DNA from: Amphiscolops sp. MND2022
Taxonomy: Eukaryota
NCBI GenBank assembly: GCA_964187785.1
Contig: OZ076415.1
Span: forward strand, 1,736,001-1,800,000
Length of the DNA stretch: 64,000 nt
Reading direction: 5' to 3'
Positions 1 to 11,728 of the stretch are shown piece after piece; positions within the stretch are counted from its first letter, which is position 1, and each line of letters begins with the position of its first letter. Made by a program: the position numbers and the translations under genes. Below the pieces are notes generated by a model. That model saw only the letters and a list, made by a program, of their open reading frames with translations. It ran no database searches and was not told where the DNA came from.

Positions 1-520
1 AAGACTTGGGTTTCTTGCATTTACTTATTCATTGCACAGGTAAGAGTCATACACGTTTAACAAGAGTTTCACAAGACTCATCTGTCTTGCATTACTTTGT
101 GTACTGCAAGGTAAGATTCTTAAACTTTATACAGATTCTTACACGTTTTACAAGATTTTTACAAGACTCATGTGTTTTGATTCATTGTAACTCATTGATT
201 TGTTCATTGCCCATCTAAGATTCTTTTACTTTCTACAAGCTTTTTACAAAACTCGAGTGTCTTGCATCGATCATTGATTTGTTCATTGTCCATCTAAGAT
301 TCTTTTACTTTCTACAAGCTTTTTACAAAACTCGAGTGTCTTGCATCGATGTGTTCATTGCACAGGTAAGACTCATACACTTTTTACAAGATTTTTACAC
401 GTTTTACAAGATTTGTACAAGACTCATGTCTCTTGCATTGCATGGATTTGTTCATTGCACAGGTAAGATTCTTACACTATTTTTAAGATTTTTACAAGAC
501 TCAGGTTTCTTGCATTAATT
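1..520. repeat. Degenerate tandem/satellite-like array, probably continuing left of the window
   Basis: Recurring blocks CACAGGTAAGA(C/T)TC.TACAC, TTTTTACAAGACTCA and GTCTTGCAT; near-exact 79-bp tandem duplication 192-270/271-349. The ORFs here are repeat artefacts. Confidence 0.75.
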
Positions 521-896
521 TGTTCATTGCATAGATTATCAGAGATGTAAAAGGCAATTCAATCTAATTTTTAGTCAAAGCTAACAAGAAACAATGTTTT
601 GTAGGACAAAAGCTAACAATTGTAACACTCTGAATCAAATATGTCCCATTTGCAATTTTCAGGCTTTTGGGCTCTCGCTTGTGAGTCAAGGCGAAACAAA
701 CAGAACAGTCGTATTTCTACGGCACATTCGACAGTAGTGTGAACTTCTTGAGTCGTTGCTTTGCGTGTGCAAACAGTCGTTGAAGTGAGCAAAAGCTCAC
801 TTTTCAGATGTGATGTCTATATATCAGATGTGATGTCAGATGTTTAACACGATCGGTCCCTTTTTTGTGCACTGTGCGGTTTTACCATAAATATTT

Positions 897-1102
897 TGTA
901 GAGGTGAAAGTTACATAGTCTAGACAGACTTAATTGAACATTCAAGTACCTGCCTATGAACTATATAGAACATCCCCATCATTTAGTTGTTGCCTTCGAT
1001 GCTAAACGTATAGATACTGATACTCTGTTATTCTCTGCTCATGAGAACATTCTCTTCTTAATTTGAACTTCTTAATTCTATCGTTTCTGCGAGTCTACAA
1101 CA
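897..1102 (+). repeat. 5' LTR of element 1
   Basis: TGTAGAGG...TACAACA, direct repeat of 5864-6069. Confidence 0.95.
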
Positions 1103-1116
1103 TGGCGCAGTCAGCA
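1103..1116 (+). promoter_or_regulatory. Primer-binding site (tRNA-Ser type), element 1
   Basis: TGGCGCAGTCAGCA, complementary to a tRNA 3' end ...TGCTGACTGCG-CCA typical of metazoan tRNA-Ser; identical 14-mer in element 2. Confidence 0.8.
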
Positions 1117-1124
1117 ATTTGAAC

Positions 1125-1700
1125 ATGCTGGAAATCAACAACACCGAAATCAACAACACCGAAACCAACAACACCGACCCCAACCCAATGGAAGGTGAGC
1201 CGATGCCATCGGAACAGTCAACGAGAACAATAAACAACCAAACAATGGCCGAGAGAACTGAAAAAATGTAAGTACAAGATCCCAATCTTATCAGACAGAG
1301 ATACCGATCTCACCAAGATTAATCCCAAGATGTGGTGGTAACAAATATCGGAGTATATCCATCTGACTTACGACCGAAATCTAGACGAGATTACCAAAGA
1401 GGGGATCGAGTACATGGACCAACATACAGCGTACCACATAAAAGGCGACGTCATCTGGGCACTGGGCCCAAAGGCCAAACTTGAAATTATGAGAGGCCAA
1501 TGGGGCCGAGAGTTAAAAGATGTCAGACTACCAGAACTGCTGACATTATTCAAAAAAACCTTCCTCCCAGCGAGAAATGTATTCCACAGTAGGGCACAAT
1601 TTTTCAATATGAAACAGGAGGAAAACGAAACCCTGGACGAGTATTGGAAAAGACTGGTGGACATTGAAAGGAAGTGTGACCTCAACAACGTCACACCAGA
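1125..1700 (+). pseudogene. gag of element 1 (frameshift, in-frame stop, 3' end deleted)
   Basis: ATG 1125; 15-bp tandem repeat (EINNT-like x3); aligns with element 2 gag (INPKMWW.QISEYI, VIWALGPKAK, FFNMKQ.E.ETLDEYWKRLVDIERKCD); frameshift near 1265 and TAA in WW*Q. Confidence 0.85.
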
Positions 1701-4700
1701 AAAACACACAACCCCTTCTGGGATTGGACTGGCTAGACAAGCTGGAAATCGGATTACAAGGCAATCTGGAAACAAACATCATCCGAAACATAACCGCAAG
1801 TGAAAAAGGTGAGAAAATTTTCAAAGAATTTGAAAACCTTTTTAAAAACAACCACACAATAAAAGACCTGACAATAGACATTCAGTTGAAAAAAGACACA
1901 AAACCTATTCAACAAAAGGGGAGACCGGTACCCATACACTTTCAAATTATTGTAAAAAACGAGTTAAAAAAATTAATTGAAAAAGGACACCTGGAAAAAG
2001 CTGACAAAACGACCGAAAATTGTTTCGTTTCACCCGAGGTTATAACGATCAAAAAAGATAAATCAGTAAAAATCGCACTGGACTCAAGGAAACTAAACGA
2101 ATCCTGCATAAAGAGAAAGGCAACAATGCCAAACATGGAAGAACTAATCAGCAAATTATCCGCAAAAATCACAAAAAACAACGGCGAGATATGGATGTCC
2201 AAAATCGACCTAGACTACGCATATGGACAGGCAAAACTATCTCCAGAAATGTCACGACACTGCGTGTTTTCAATTATCGGCGGTGATTTCACCGGACTTT
2301 ACCGACCTAAAAAGTCCTAGAATTGAAAACACCAGTCTGGTTAGATGACATCATTTTTGTCACCAACGGAACAATAGAAGAACACGAAGAAGAATTACGC
2401 GAAATACTGTCGAAACTACAAGAAAACGGTTACCGAGCGAGCGAGAAAAAAACAGAACTGTTTAAAAAAGAACTAACCTGGTTGGGATACGAAATAAACC
2501 AAAACGGAGTAAAACCAATTAAAGATAAAACAGAAGCGATAACGAAATTGAAAGCACCCACAAACACCAAGGAACTGAAATCATTTCTGGGCTCGATACA
2601 ACACTTATCAAAATTTTTGAACAATCTATACAAAAAAAACAGACAGAATGAGAAGACTGCTGAAAAAAGACACAAAATGGGAATGGACAAAAGAAATATA
2701 AGACGATTTCGAACAATTAAAAAAGGAAATAACGGAAGCACCATGCTTAGCACACTTTGATCCAAAAAAAGATAATTTTATAACAACTGATGCATGTAAT
2801 ACCGGACTAGGGGCAACCCTATGGCAAAAAGAGGACAAAAACTTCAGGCCAATAGCCTTTGCCAGCAGATTTCTCACTGATTGTGAAAGAAAATACGCCA
2901 TAAACGAACTGGAATTTTTAGGCGTCTTATGGGGCCTCGAATATTTCAGGTATTACGTATACGGAAACAAAGTAAACCTCCTGACCGACCATCAAGCGTT
3001 ACAACCATTATTAAAGCGCAATCGAGCCCATAAACAAAATAGTGCAAGACTCACACAGTGGTTAGACCGTCTGAGCCATTTCGATGTGAATGTGCAATAC
3101 ACCGCAGGCAAGAACATTCCATTAACGGATTATCTAAGCCGACATTCGATACTCACTGAACGCCAAGCGGTAACATCATGCGAGAACGAAAAAAAAGAAG
3201 TCGAAGAGGAATTCGTAATAAATCAGATATACGGCTTATTCGAGGTCAATCGCACGAACGGTAGTATTACGCAACACATCCAACGACAGTCACCGGCAGC
3301 AAAATCTGACCAATCACAACGCACAAAACAAACACGTGAACAAACCAACAACAGAGACTCAATTCAAACTTTCTCACCGCGAAACAACATTGAACCGTCA
3401 AACAGCACAAACTTTGAGAATAAAGTACAGCTAATGTCAAAAATGGATAAAATCAATGGAATTGACATCGAATTTATTTTCAAAAAACGGGGACATTCTC
3501 CAGAAACAAATACACTTCGCTCCGGAAGAAATAAAATCCTACAACCTAATCGTACCAGAATCGTAGGAAAAGGCAGCGAAAACGAACGCATACTACAGTA
3601 TCGTCCTTCGCAACAAGACAGGAAAGAAATCGAACGAATCAACATAATGATCTACAATCGATTCTTCAATTATTGCGAAAGCCTGGGAACTACACCCCTG
3701 AGAGAATTCAACGAAAACATCCATGAATCCTGGATTAATGTGTCCTCCGACAACGAAAGCCAAATTAGCCACCTAAAAACGGAAAATGTCCAACAAACAT
3801 TTTGAAAAAGTTCAAAAAACACGAAAGTGTCAATCTAATCCGACTAAAACAAACCGCCAAACGAAATACGCTGCCAAAAGACAGAAACGAAAAAACGGCA
3901 GAGATGATTAAAAAGGCCGAAAGAGAATTCGCAATGGATCTGCCAATGCTGGTTGAAGAAACGGCACAAGACACCAAGATATTAGACGCTATCATCGCCC
4001 TGGAAACTGGGAACCGCGACGGCATCTTTTATCCATATCGCTCACACCTCGAACACCTTGAAACCCGCTTCGGATTACTTTTTTACAATGACCGCATAGT
4101 TATCCCAGAAGCGATGAGACCGACGATTATCACCATTCTACACAACGGCCATGTATCTATCAACAAGACGGACAAGTCCGCGGAGGCCTTCTGGTGGCCG
4201 GGCATCCACCATGAGATTAGAGACAAAGCTGAGAATTGCCCCAGCTGCCGAACCGCAGGTAAGAACTTAAAAACACAAATACCACAATCGGAGACAAATA
4301 GACTCGAAATTTTAACTGAACCTGGACAAGAAATCCAGCTAGACTTCGCCGGCCCGATAAAATCAAAATCACGCGGAAACGTCTATATTTTAGTTGCGAT
4401 CGACCGTTTTAGCAAATGGCCAACGGCCCAAGTTTGTAAAAACACGGACTCTGAAACCGTAATAAAATTTTTAATAAAATACTGTGCCGATAACGGAACG
4501 CCACAAATTATACGTACCGACAACGGTTGTTGCTTTAAAAGCAAAGAATTTAAAGACTACTGCAATGGCGAAAACATTACAAGAATACGGTGCACACCGA
4601 ATTTACATACGGGAACCGGATTGTTCGAAAGAACAATTCGCACAATTAGGTCGCTAACTAGAGCTAATTTAGAAGACAATTTAACTTTTGAAGAAACTGT

Positions 4701-5716
4701 CAACAAGGCAATTAAAACCATTAGGCAAACACAACACAGCACTCTGAAAATGACACCTTTCCAATTACACTACGGGAGAAAACCACGCACGCCGATAACC
4801 AATCTGATTGGTCAACCAAATTGCCTATTAGCGAATTGGAAGAAAACATTAACAAATTACATTTTAGCCCAGCCTGCCGAATTACAAGTCTTTACGATAC
4901 ACGACTCAGATGGAGAATTGGCCGATTACTTGATACTCAATGAGTCAAGAAAGAGGGGACGATCGGTAAGCGACAGTTTTAAAAGTTACCAATTCCCTGA
5001 AAAGGAAAACAAACCCAATGCACTAAAATGTAGATTTAAAACGGATAAAACTTTAACTGCAGCCAGAGAGACCAAACATACCATAACAACTACGGATGGT
5101 AAAATCATCCATAGGAAACCCTTTAAAATTTCAGCCATTGAAGAAAAACGAGGTGACCAGAAAACCGACCAAACGGTGCACAAGATGCGGACGATTCAGC
5201 AATGGAGAATTATGCGACACCCACAAAAGGATAAAATCAGAGTAACAAAAACAATCGACCAGCTCGGAAACGTTCCCAATGATGCCCGCCAAACAGACCG
5301 AAAAAATCCCGCATGTCACCATAATCTCCGATAGTCAGTCATCCCAAGCGGAAGAACCACCGCTCACGGACAATACAGACACTGAAATCACCGTCACGGC
5401 AGACATAAAGTACAATACCAATAACACAGACGAGACAGTGGCCAAATCGGAGGAAAGCCAAACACCCGAAATCCTACCACCCGTCAGTTGCAGTACGGAA
5501 CTGGCACAACACCGTACTAACAAGGACCCTGACCAAACCCCAACTGGATCACCACAAAAAGGCTCAAATTCAGTAAATAAAGGTGTAGTAGAATTTAATA
5601 TAGAGGTTGGGGAGAACAAGCCAAAAATCGTAGAGGGGGGAAAAGGGATCCGTAGATCCAATAGAATCAAAAACGCAAAAAGAGTTAATAAAATGGGTGG
5701 CGTAGAATATTTTTGA
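1701..5716 (+). pseudogene. pol of element 1: RT-RNase H-integrase in several frames, protease missing
   Basis: RT motifs (ALDSRKLN, KIDLDYAYGQ, WLDD 2338-2349); RNase H (ITTDACNTGLG region ~2780); integrase H-H-C-C (HNGH..CPSC), LDFAGP, TDNG, GLFER in ORF 3802-5334; C-terminal tail 5279-5716. Confidence 0.9.
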
Positions 5717-5850
5717 CAACTTTCGAACTATTCTAGATCCAAAGCCAAAAAGCCAGAAGAAGATTGTACACTTCATCCGGAACACAGCCAACAAACAGAA
5801 GGCCGGAAACAAGAACGTATGAGACACTCAAGAATGTTTCCCACAATCCC

Positions 5851-5863
5851 GAAGAGGGGGGAA
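5851..5863 (+). promoter_or_regulatory. Polypurine tract of element 1
   Basis: GAAGAGGGGGGAA immediately 5' of the 3' LTR. Confidence 0.85.
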
Positions 5864-6069
5864 TGTAGAGGTGAAAGTTACATAGTCTAGACAGACTTAA
5901 TTGAACATTCAAGTACCTGCCTATGAACTATATAGAACATCCCCATCATTTAGTTGTTGCCTTCGATGCTAAACGTATAGATACTAATACTCTGTTATTC
6001 TCTGCTCATGAGAACATTCTCTTCTTAATTTGAACTTCTTACTTCTATCTTTTCTGCGAGTCTACAACA
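5864..6069 (+). repeat. 3' LTR of element 1
   Basis: 203/206 identical to the 5' LTR. Confidence 0.95.
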
Positions 6070-7689
6070 TATTTAGTAATTGATTTTGATGAAACACAAA
6101 ACCATTCCAAAAAAGGAAACGTCCAATCGTCCCATTTTTTTCGGGGACTGTGAGATTCCCGTTTTCGGTTTTGTAAGACTTTTTGTCGAAACTTTTTTAA
6201 ATGTCTCTTTATTTTTTTCTGATATTTTGTAACAAGATGGATGTTAAAAAATACCAAAGGCCCCCCTTTTAGATTTTTGGCACTATGAGACTGTTCAAAA
6301 TTCTCATTTGTCGTCTGATATTAGGTATTGATATTCTCAGCAATCTACAGATAATTTTTCCAACACTATCCGAATTTTTCACGTAAAGCGCTATAGCCGA
6401 ACGTTTGAGGTTATATCCGAACTGTATTGTGTTATACCAAGGAAGAGACTGAGGTTCAAAAACAAGCGCTCCCATACATTCCAACACGTTATATCGGAAC
6501 TTCTGGAGTGTTTTCTGAGCACGAAAGGCACCCTGTGGGTGTTTCGAAACTTTTTTTTAAGTTTTACAAAACTGTTCTGGGCAAATTTAAAAAATGTTTG
6601 CGCTTTTTTGGCCTTAGGTATAGCGACGACTTGAGTGGATCCCTTCTTGTATATTCTGTAACTAAAATGCAATTAAAAGATGTCTAGCCATGAATGTGTT
6701 TGAATGAAAAAGTGTCTCAAAAAGAGGATGACTTTAAAAATGTTAACGAAACAACTCTCTGTGCAACATACAGCAGGAAAGCGACTATGAGGACTCTAAG
6801 GGTAGCATCGATCCAAACTGAACTAGTTATGTTTTGTTTTGGTTTTCTCACGATGCTAAAGGTGCCCCTTACGGGGAATTTTGCCCGACCAGACACCCGG
6901 ATAGGACTGAGGGACTGATTGAAGCTGGATACAGACTTGACCGGACATTATCCTAAACTATAAGTGAATGGAAAGGCTCAACTGTAAAGCAAAGATAACG
7001 TTCACTATGAAGGAGAGGGAAATTGACTAATTTATTAACATCAAAATTTTGGATTATTTTGAGAAATGATGACTCAAAAGTGACAATAAATCTGACATAT
7101 GCCATTATCAACTAAAATATCTATCCGTCCGGATTCCTTCAAACGTCCGGTCGGACAACGGACCAGACATTTTTGTGAAAGCCGACCGGATATCGCACCG
7201 GACTTGATGCCCGGTGCATCGCTAGTACATGCAATGATTGTAGGCTAGTTGTGCATCACACAGCATTGTACAAGCCCTCAGCTTAGCACTGCGACTGGTT
7301 TCCTTTTGATTTTAAAACATTTCGAATGTGCTTTACCCTCAGAAAAGAAAAAAACAATCAAAGGTTCTAAATTTGATTAGACTCAGCAGCAAGACGCTGT
7401 TAACATCAACACAATTTTTCAGAGTATTGATTTGGGAAATAATAGACACATCAATCAGAAGCAGAAAATGGTGTTGCGAAACATGAAAAAATACGTACAA
7501 TGACTAAAAGTACATGAATTACTCTACATTAGATAGTTGGCAATGGTGGAAATGGTTGGAAGGGTGGTTTTGTTGCTGAAATTATCAACAACTATTCAAT
7601 CAAAAACAATGGTAACTATACGCGAACTCGAAAGAGACCTTTGTGAACAAGTGAAATCAAATGCTTGAAAAGCTTCGATGAAGAAAAAT

Positions 7690-8170
7690 AAACAAGCCGG
7701 GACCGGCCCAAGTGGGCGCCATATCTAAGGCTCAAAAATAGCAAACGGACTTCACTATGTCAAAGTATTGGTGAGTTGGGGACCCTTTTATGAAAAACAT
7801 TTTCGGAAAAAGTGTCTCACAATGCCGAAAAAACTGAGAGGGTGGACCCTTTGGGGGTTTTCAACATCCATTTTGTCGCAAAACATCAAAAAATTGAAGG
7901 GGGGACCCTCTGGGGAAAAAAGTTTTTCCGCAAAAAAAGTCTCAAAATGCCGAAAAAAACTGAAAGGGTGGACCCTTTGGTATGTTACGCGGGAAAACAG
8001 GAAAACCCTTTTTGGTTCAGTTCGCTAGGCCAAATAGTTCAATTTGGTGCAATAATATATCGTAGAACTTTTGTAGAACTATTTTGGTCAGTTCAGGTGG
8101 TCTTAAAAAAACACTGACGAAAAGCCATGACTATAGTCGACTCTTTTCCAAAGAAAAGCGCCGACTAAAA
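7690..8170 (-). mobile_element. Helentron-associated (HINE/DINE-1-like) non-autonomous element, copy a
   Basis: On - strand starts TTTTAGTCGGCGCTTTTC with adjacent palindrome, contains GGGTCC-T-rich-CGGCA(T/C)TGTGAGAC core repeats, ends GGCGCCCACTTGGGCCGGTCCCGGCTTGTTT (sub-TIR plus stem-loop plus TTT). Confidence 0.75.
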
Positions 8171-8769
8171 AGTTCGAATATTATCTTGAGTTCGACTTAG
8201 AACAAAATGAGGTAGTTTATTGTCGATCATCTCTCGATCAAAACTAACTAATGCGAAGCAATGACTTTCGCGCCGAAGCAGCAAGATGAAAGACTAGGTT
8301 TGGGTAATTCCTTGACCAACAAAAAATTCTTGTGAAAATCTTGCCCAACACTTCATAAGTATATTGTTATTAAAATCACATTTCGAAAATATCTTTTGAT
8401 TGAACAGAATTGTATCCCAATGAATGTCCCTAAATATCTTATAATTGCTTTGCAAAGCAAAAAATTGTTTTCGGAACAGCTGCGATAATCAAAACTTAGT
8501 TCCGATGCACAATGTAGGTAATAGAAACTGTAGACAACGGCGTCGACCAAAATCCTACCCGCCAGAAAAATTGGCCAGAAAAAATTTGATCTACAAAACA
8601 ATTGTTGCAAAAGCAAAAGTTCTTGAAAACAAAAAAAATCGGATATCTGTCAGGTGATCAAAAAAGGTACCGAGCTACTTTCCTAGTGTAAGTTGAAGGT
8701 GAATACTCATGCTCGTCGTAGAAAGATTTCAACTTTTTAGAGCTGTAACAATGAGTTGTGTTCCATTTT

Positions 8770-9328
8770 TTAGGCTCCCTGGTTGAAACTGCTTGAACTT
8801 TTTACATGTTTTTGTAGGTTACCAAGCTACTTTTCCATGATTTTATAAAACGCTCAAAGTAATATCCATGCATTAAAACTTCACTGATTCGATTTAATTT
8901 TATCAAGCTGCCTATAAAATGCATCTTAAATTTGGCGGCATTTCTACGCCGCGACGTTTTGCAGGTTTCATAAAGACGCTATTCTAACTTTGAAAGCAGC
9001 TGAGACCTTCATCAATTTTACCGCGCTTTCAATGCAAACAACTTTCAGTCACATTATAAGTTTCAAAGTAGCGTCATATTCAGCGTGCTTTTTGACTAAC
9101 GGTGTTTACATAAGGTAGTTGCTTGAAAAACTTACGCGTGAAAACACAGTGATCGCGGTGGTGAAGAAGTGGAAATGTTTTCAGTTTTGACTCAAATAGT
9201 GCAAGCTGCATAGTAATCCTACAAAATGTTTCCATGCATGGTCCCTGGATTTTCCATGTTTTATAGAAAATTAGCCGGCATTTTTTGAAGGTGCCTGTAA
9301 AACTTCGCGGCAACTTCAACTAGGGCTC
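8770..9328. repeat. Old dispersed repeat with long degenerate inverted arms (MITE-like); related pieces near 22600-22760, 42097-42300, 49880-49990, 50535-50980, 54690-55010
   Basis: GGCTCCCTGGTTGAAACTGC (~8773) is the approximate reverse complement of GCAACTTCAACTAGGGCTCC (~9310); GCGTCATATTCAGCGT-like motif shared with ~54858 and (reverse) ~49900. Confidence 0.4.
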
Positions 9329-10388
9329 CGAATCTGAGGAAATTAAACTTTAGATGGTTTTTGTTCTCGCAATCTGATGACCATTTTTTCTCACATGTTT
9401 TTCTTGTTGAACCAAATCGGGTCGCCAAGAGTGGTGTTTACCCGGTAACAAATTTTGGTAACAAACATGTTTGTTTCGTGTGTTCATTATCTAATAGTTC
9501 CCTTTCATCTAAATTGAATTATTTTTGGTCTCTCTTCGGCATCAAAGATCATATTTAGATCCAAAATGTCCAAGAAATATGTCCAATTTTATGTCAACCG
9601 TGAGTATTTTGAACACCTTATTCAAACATTACGATCAATTTAAGAATGAAAACACGTTTCAGAACAAAAACAAAAACTAGGTGATAAATTTCAGAAAAGA
9701 TTTTTCAAAGAAAAAAATCACGTTTTATGCAATTGAAAGAATCAAAACTATTTTATTTTTATTTAGAACCTAGCATTTGCCACTAGAGTTTTGGGAGAAA
9801 ATATCACAAAAACCTTAATGTACAATATAAAAAATGCAATTCAAAACCGTTGCACCGTGCCGAAATTACTTGAACGTAATTATCTCACCATGTTTGGTGA
9901 TTTCCAATAAATTCGAATCATGGGTAGCCATCCATTGTCATTTACATTACTTTAGACGCATGACTAGTCATCCTTGCAATTTTTGCATTACATTGGCATC
10001 ACGGCTAATCTGTCATTCGTGATTTTCATTGCATTCGAATCATGGCTAATCATCCATGATCATGGCTTTTGATTTTTGAGAATTTCGAATGAGAATATAT
10101 TGTCTTTGTCCCTAAATTCCAATGATAGACCTATAATCTAAACTGTTGAGATTATTATTTGGTTTCTTTTTGTCTTAAATCTATCTGAACAAGTCTGTGA
10201 TAATTTATGTGGCCTTTGAACTGAAGAGAACTTGTTTCAAAAAATGCTTTAGGCGGAAAATCGGGAAGACAGCCAAACATTGCAGCTAGAAAACTTTCAA
10301 AAAGTGTTTCGAAACCAACTTGTTGAATCAGATTCATCACGTTGTAATTCTTTTGAAATCCAGTCGTGTTTAAATGCATCACTATTAT

Positions 10389-10600
10389 AACAAGCCGGGA
10401 ACGGCCCAAGTCGGAGCCATATCTAAGGCTCATAAAAAGCCAAAGGACTTCAAAATGTTGAAGTGTTGGTGAATTGGGAACCTCTTACGAAAGAAAAAAA
10501 TTGAAAAAAAGTCTCACTATGCCGAAAAAGACTGAAAAGGAGGACCCTTTGGGATTTTTCAACATCCATTTTGTTGCAAAACGCCAAAAAAAATAGAAAG
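10389..10600 (-). mobile_element. HINE/DINE-1-like partial copy b (3' end only)
   Basis: AACAAGCCGGGAACGGCCCAAGTCGGAGCCATATCTAAGGCTC matches the family 3' end. Confidence 0.65.
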
Positions 10601-10688
10601 GGGGTGACGAAAAAAAATAAGGGAAACAAATTATGAGAAACGGTTGTGGAGATTTGTTTGAAAATTTTACACTTTATCGTGAAAAAGA

Positions 10689-11728
10689 CCCGGGTCGACC
10701 CTCCATGGATATCTTAGTAAGATCTTAGCAAGATCTTGCCAAGATCTTGGAAAAATCTTAGCTAAGATCGTGACAAGATATTGCCAAGAATTGCAAGATG
10801 CCATGGTAAGATCTTATCAAGAGAGCCATGTTTCCAAGAAAAATCTTACTAAGAAGCCCAATATGACAAAAAAAATCTTTCTAAGAAGCCCAATATGGCA
10901 AGAAAAATCTAACTAAGAAGCCGAATATGGCAAGAAAAAAATTGCTATGAAATGCTCGATATCGAGAAAAAGTAGAATCAGAAAACCATTAAATTAGGAG
11001 TTATGGAAAAATAATCTTGACATTACTCAAAAATAAGTACTGAATGATTTTTACAACCATTTCGATATCGATATTGTTCTTTCAATTGCAAAACTGTCGC
11101 CAACAACGGCGTCAGAAAAGCCTTGAGCTGAATCATTACCCAAATTAGAGCAATGACCGCCGTTTCTAGCAGTAATAAGGCTGCTGAAACAGACTCAAAG
11201 AAAGCTGGAAATATGATTACTACAAAAATTTCAGGATTTTAAGGTCTTTCCTTTGTAACTTTCCGATAGTGGGTCTGGACGTTTGAGAGCATATTTCTCC
11301 TCCTCTGGAATCGACAGGAGTGTTAAATTACAAGTTTTGGAAAGCCCTTGAAATGACCTTTCATTTGGTACATTCGCATTTCTGAGTCCTAAACAGGTGA
11401 GCAGTTATTAGGAATCTCGTCAAAACTTTGGAAGCCGGACTACGTCAACGTAATTTTTCACGCATTTTTGAAAAACGAGTAAAAATAGTCGTTGTTGGGT
11501 GAAATGAGCTTTTAGATTGAGTCTCGGCTGTTTGTATCGAAGGTATAGTGTTTTTTTATAATCTTAAAATTTTGTCCATCGTGATAAGATACGATCTTGG
11601 AATAAGTATTATCTTAGTAAGATCTTGATAAGAATCTTGCCATGGGATCCATGGTTGCCAAGATGTAGTAAGAATTTGGCAAGATCTTGCCAAGACAGCT
11701 AAGATGCTAGTAAGAGGGTCAACCCGGG
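10689..11728. mobile_element. Non-autonomous CMC/EnSpm-like DNA transposon
   Basis: 15-bp TIRs CCCGGGTCGACCCTC / GAGGGTCAACCCGGG (14/15); 2-bp flanking repeat GA; arrays of ~11-bp AAGATCTT-based sub-terminal repeats at both ends; ~31-bp repeats at ~10835-10950. Superfamily call is inferred. Confidence 0.65.

Larger units (their letters stand above)
897..6069 (+). mobile_element. Ty3/gypsy LTR retrotransposon, Mag-like (element 1), internally deleted and decayed
   Basis: 206-bp TG...CA LTRs at 897-1102 and 5864-6069 (3 substitutions); TSD TATTT (892-896/6070-6074); PBS directly after the 5' LTR; PPT before the 3' LTR; gag, RT, RNase H and integrase fragments in gypsy order. Confidence 0.95.
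747..6652 (+). mobile_element. Divergent Helentron/DINE-1-like non-autonomous element split by LTR element 1 (pieces ~747-896 and ~6075-6652)
   Basis: Sub-terminal inverted pair AGTCGTTGCT (751-760) / AGCGACGACT (6622-6631); core-repeat-like GGTCCC-T-rich-GCACTGTG segments on both sides of the LTR element; 3' end resembles the family 3' end GCGCTTTTT..GCCTTAG.TATAGCG.CGACTTGAG. Confidence 0.5.

Noticed and set aside
6890-7223. CCGG-rich repeats ending GCATCGCTA, like a hAT right end
   Set aside because: No matching left TIR or TSD found; too fragmentary to call.
10709-10950. Regular short repeats suggestive of a CRISPR array
   Set aside because: No unique spacers and no cas genes; these are transposon sub-terminal repeats in a eukaryotic context.
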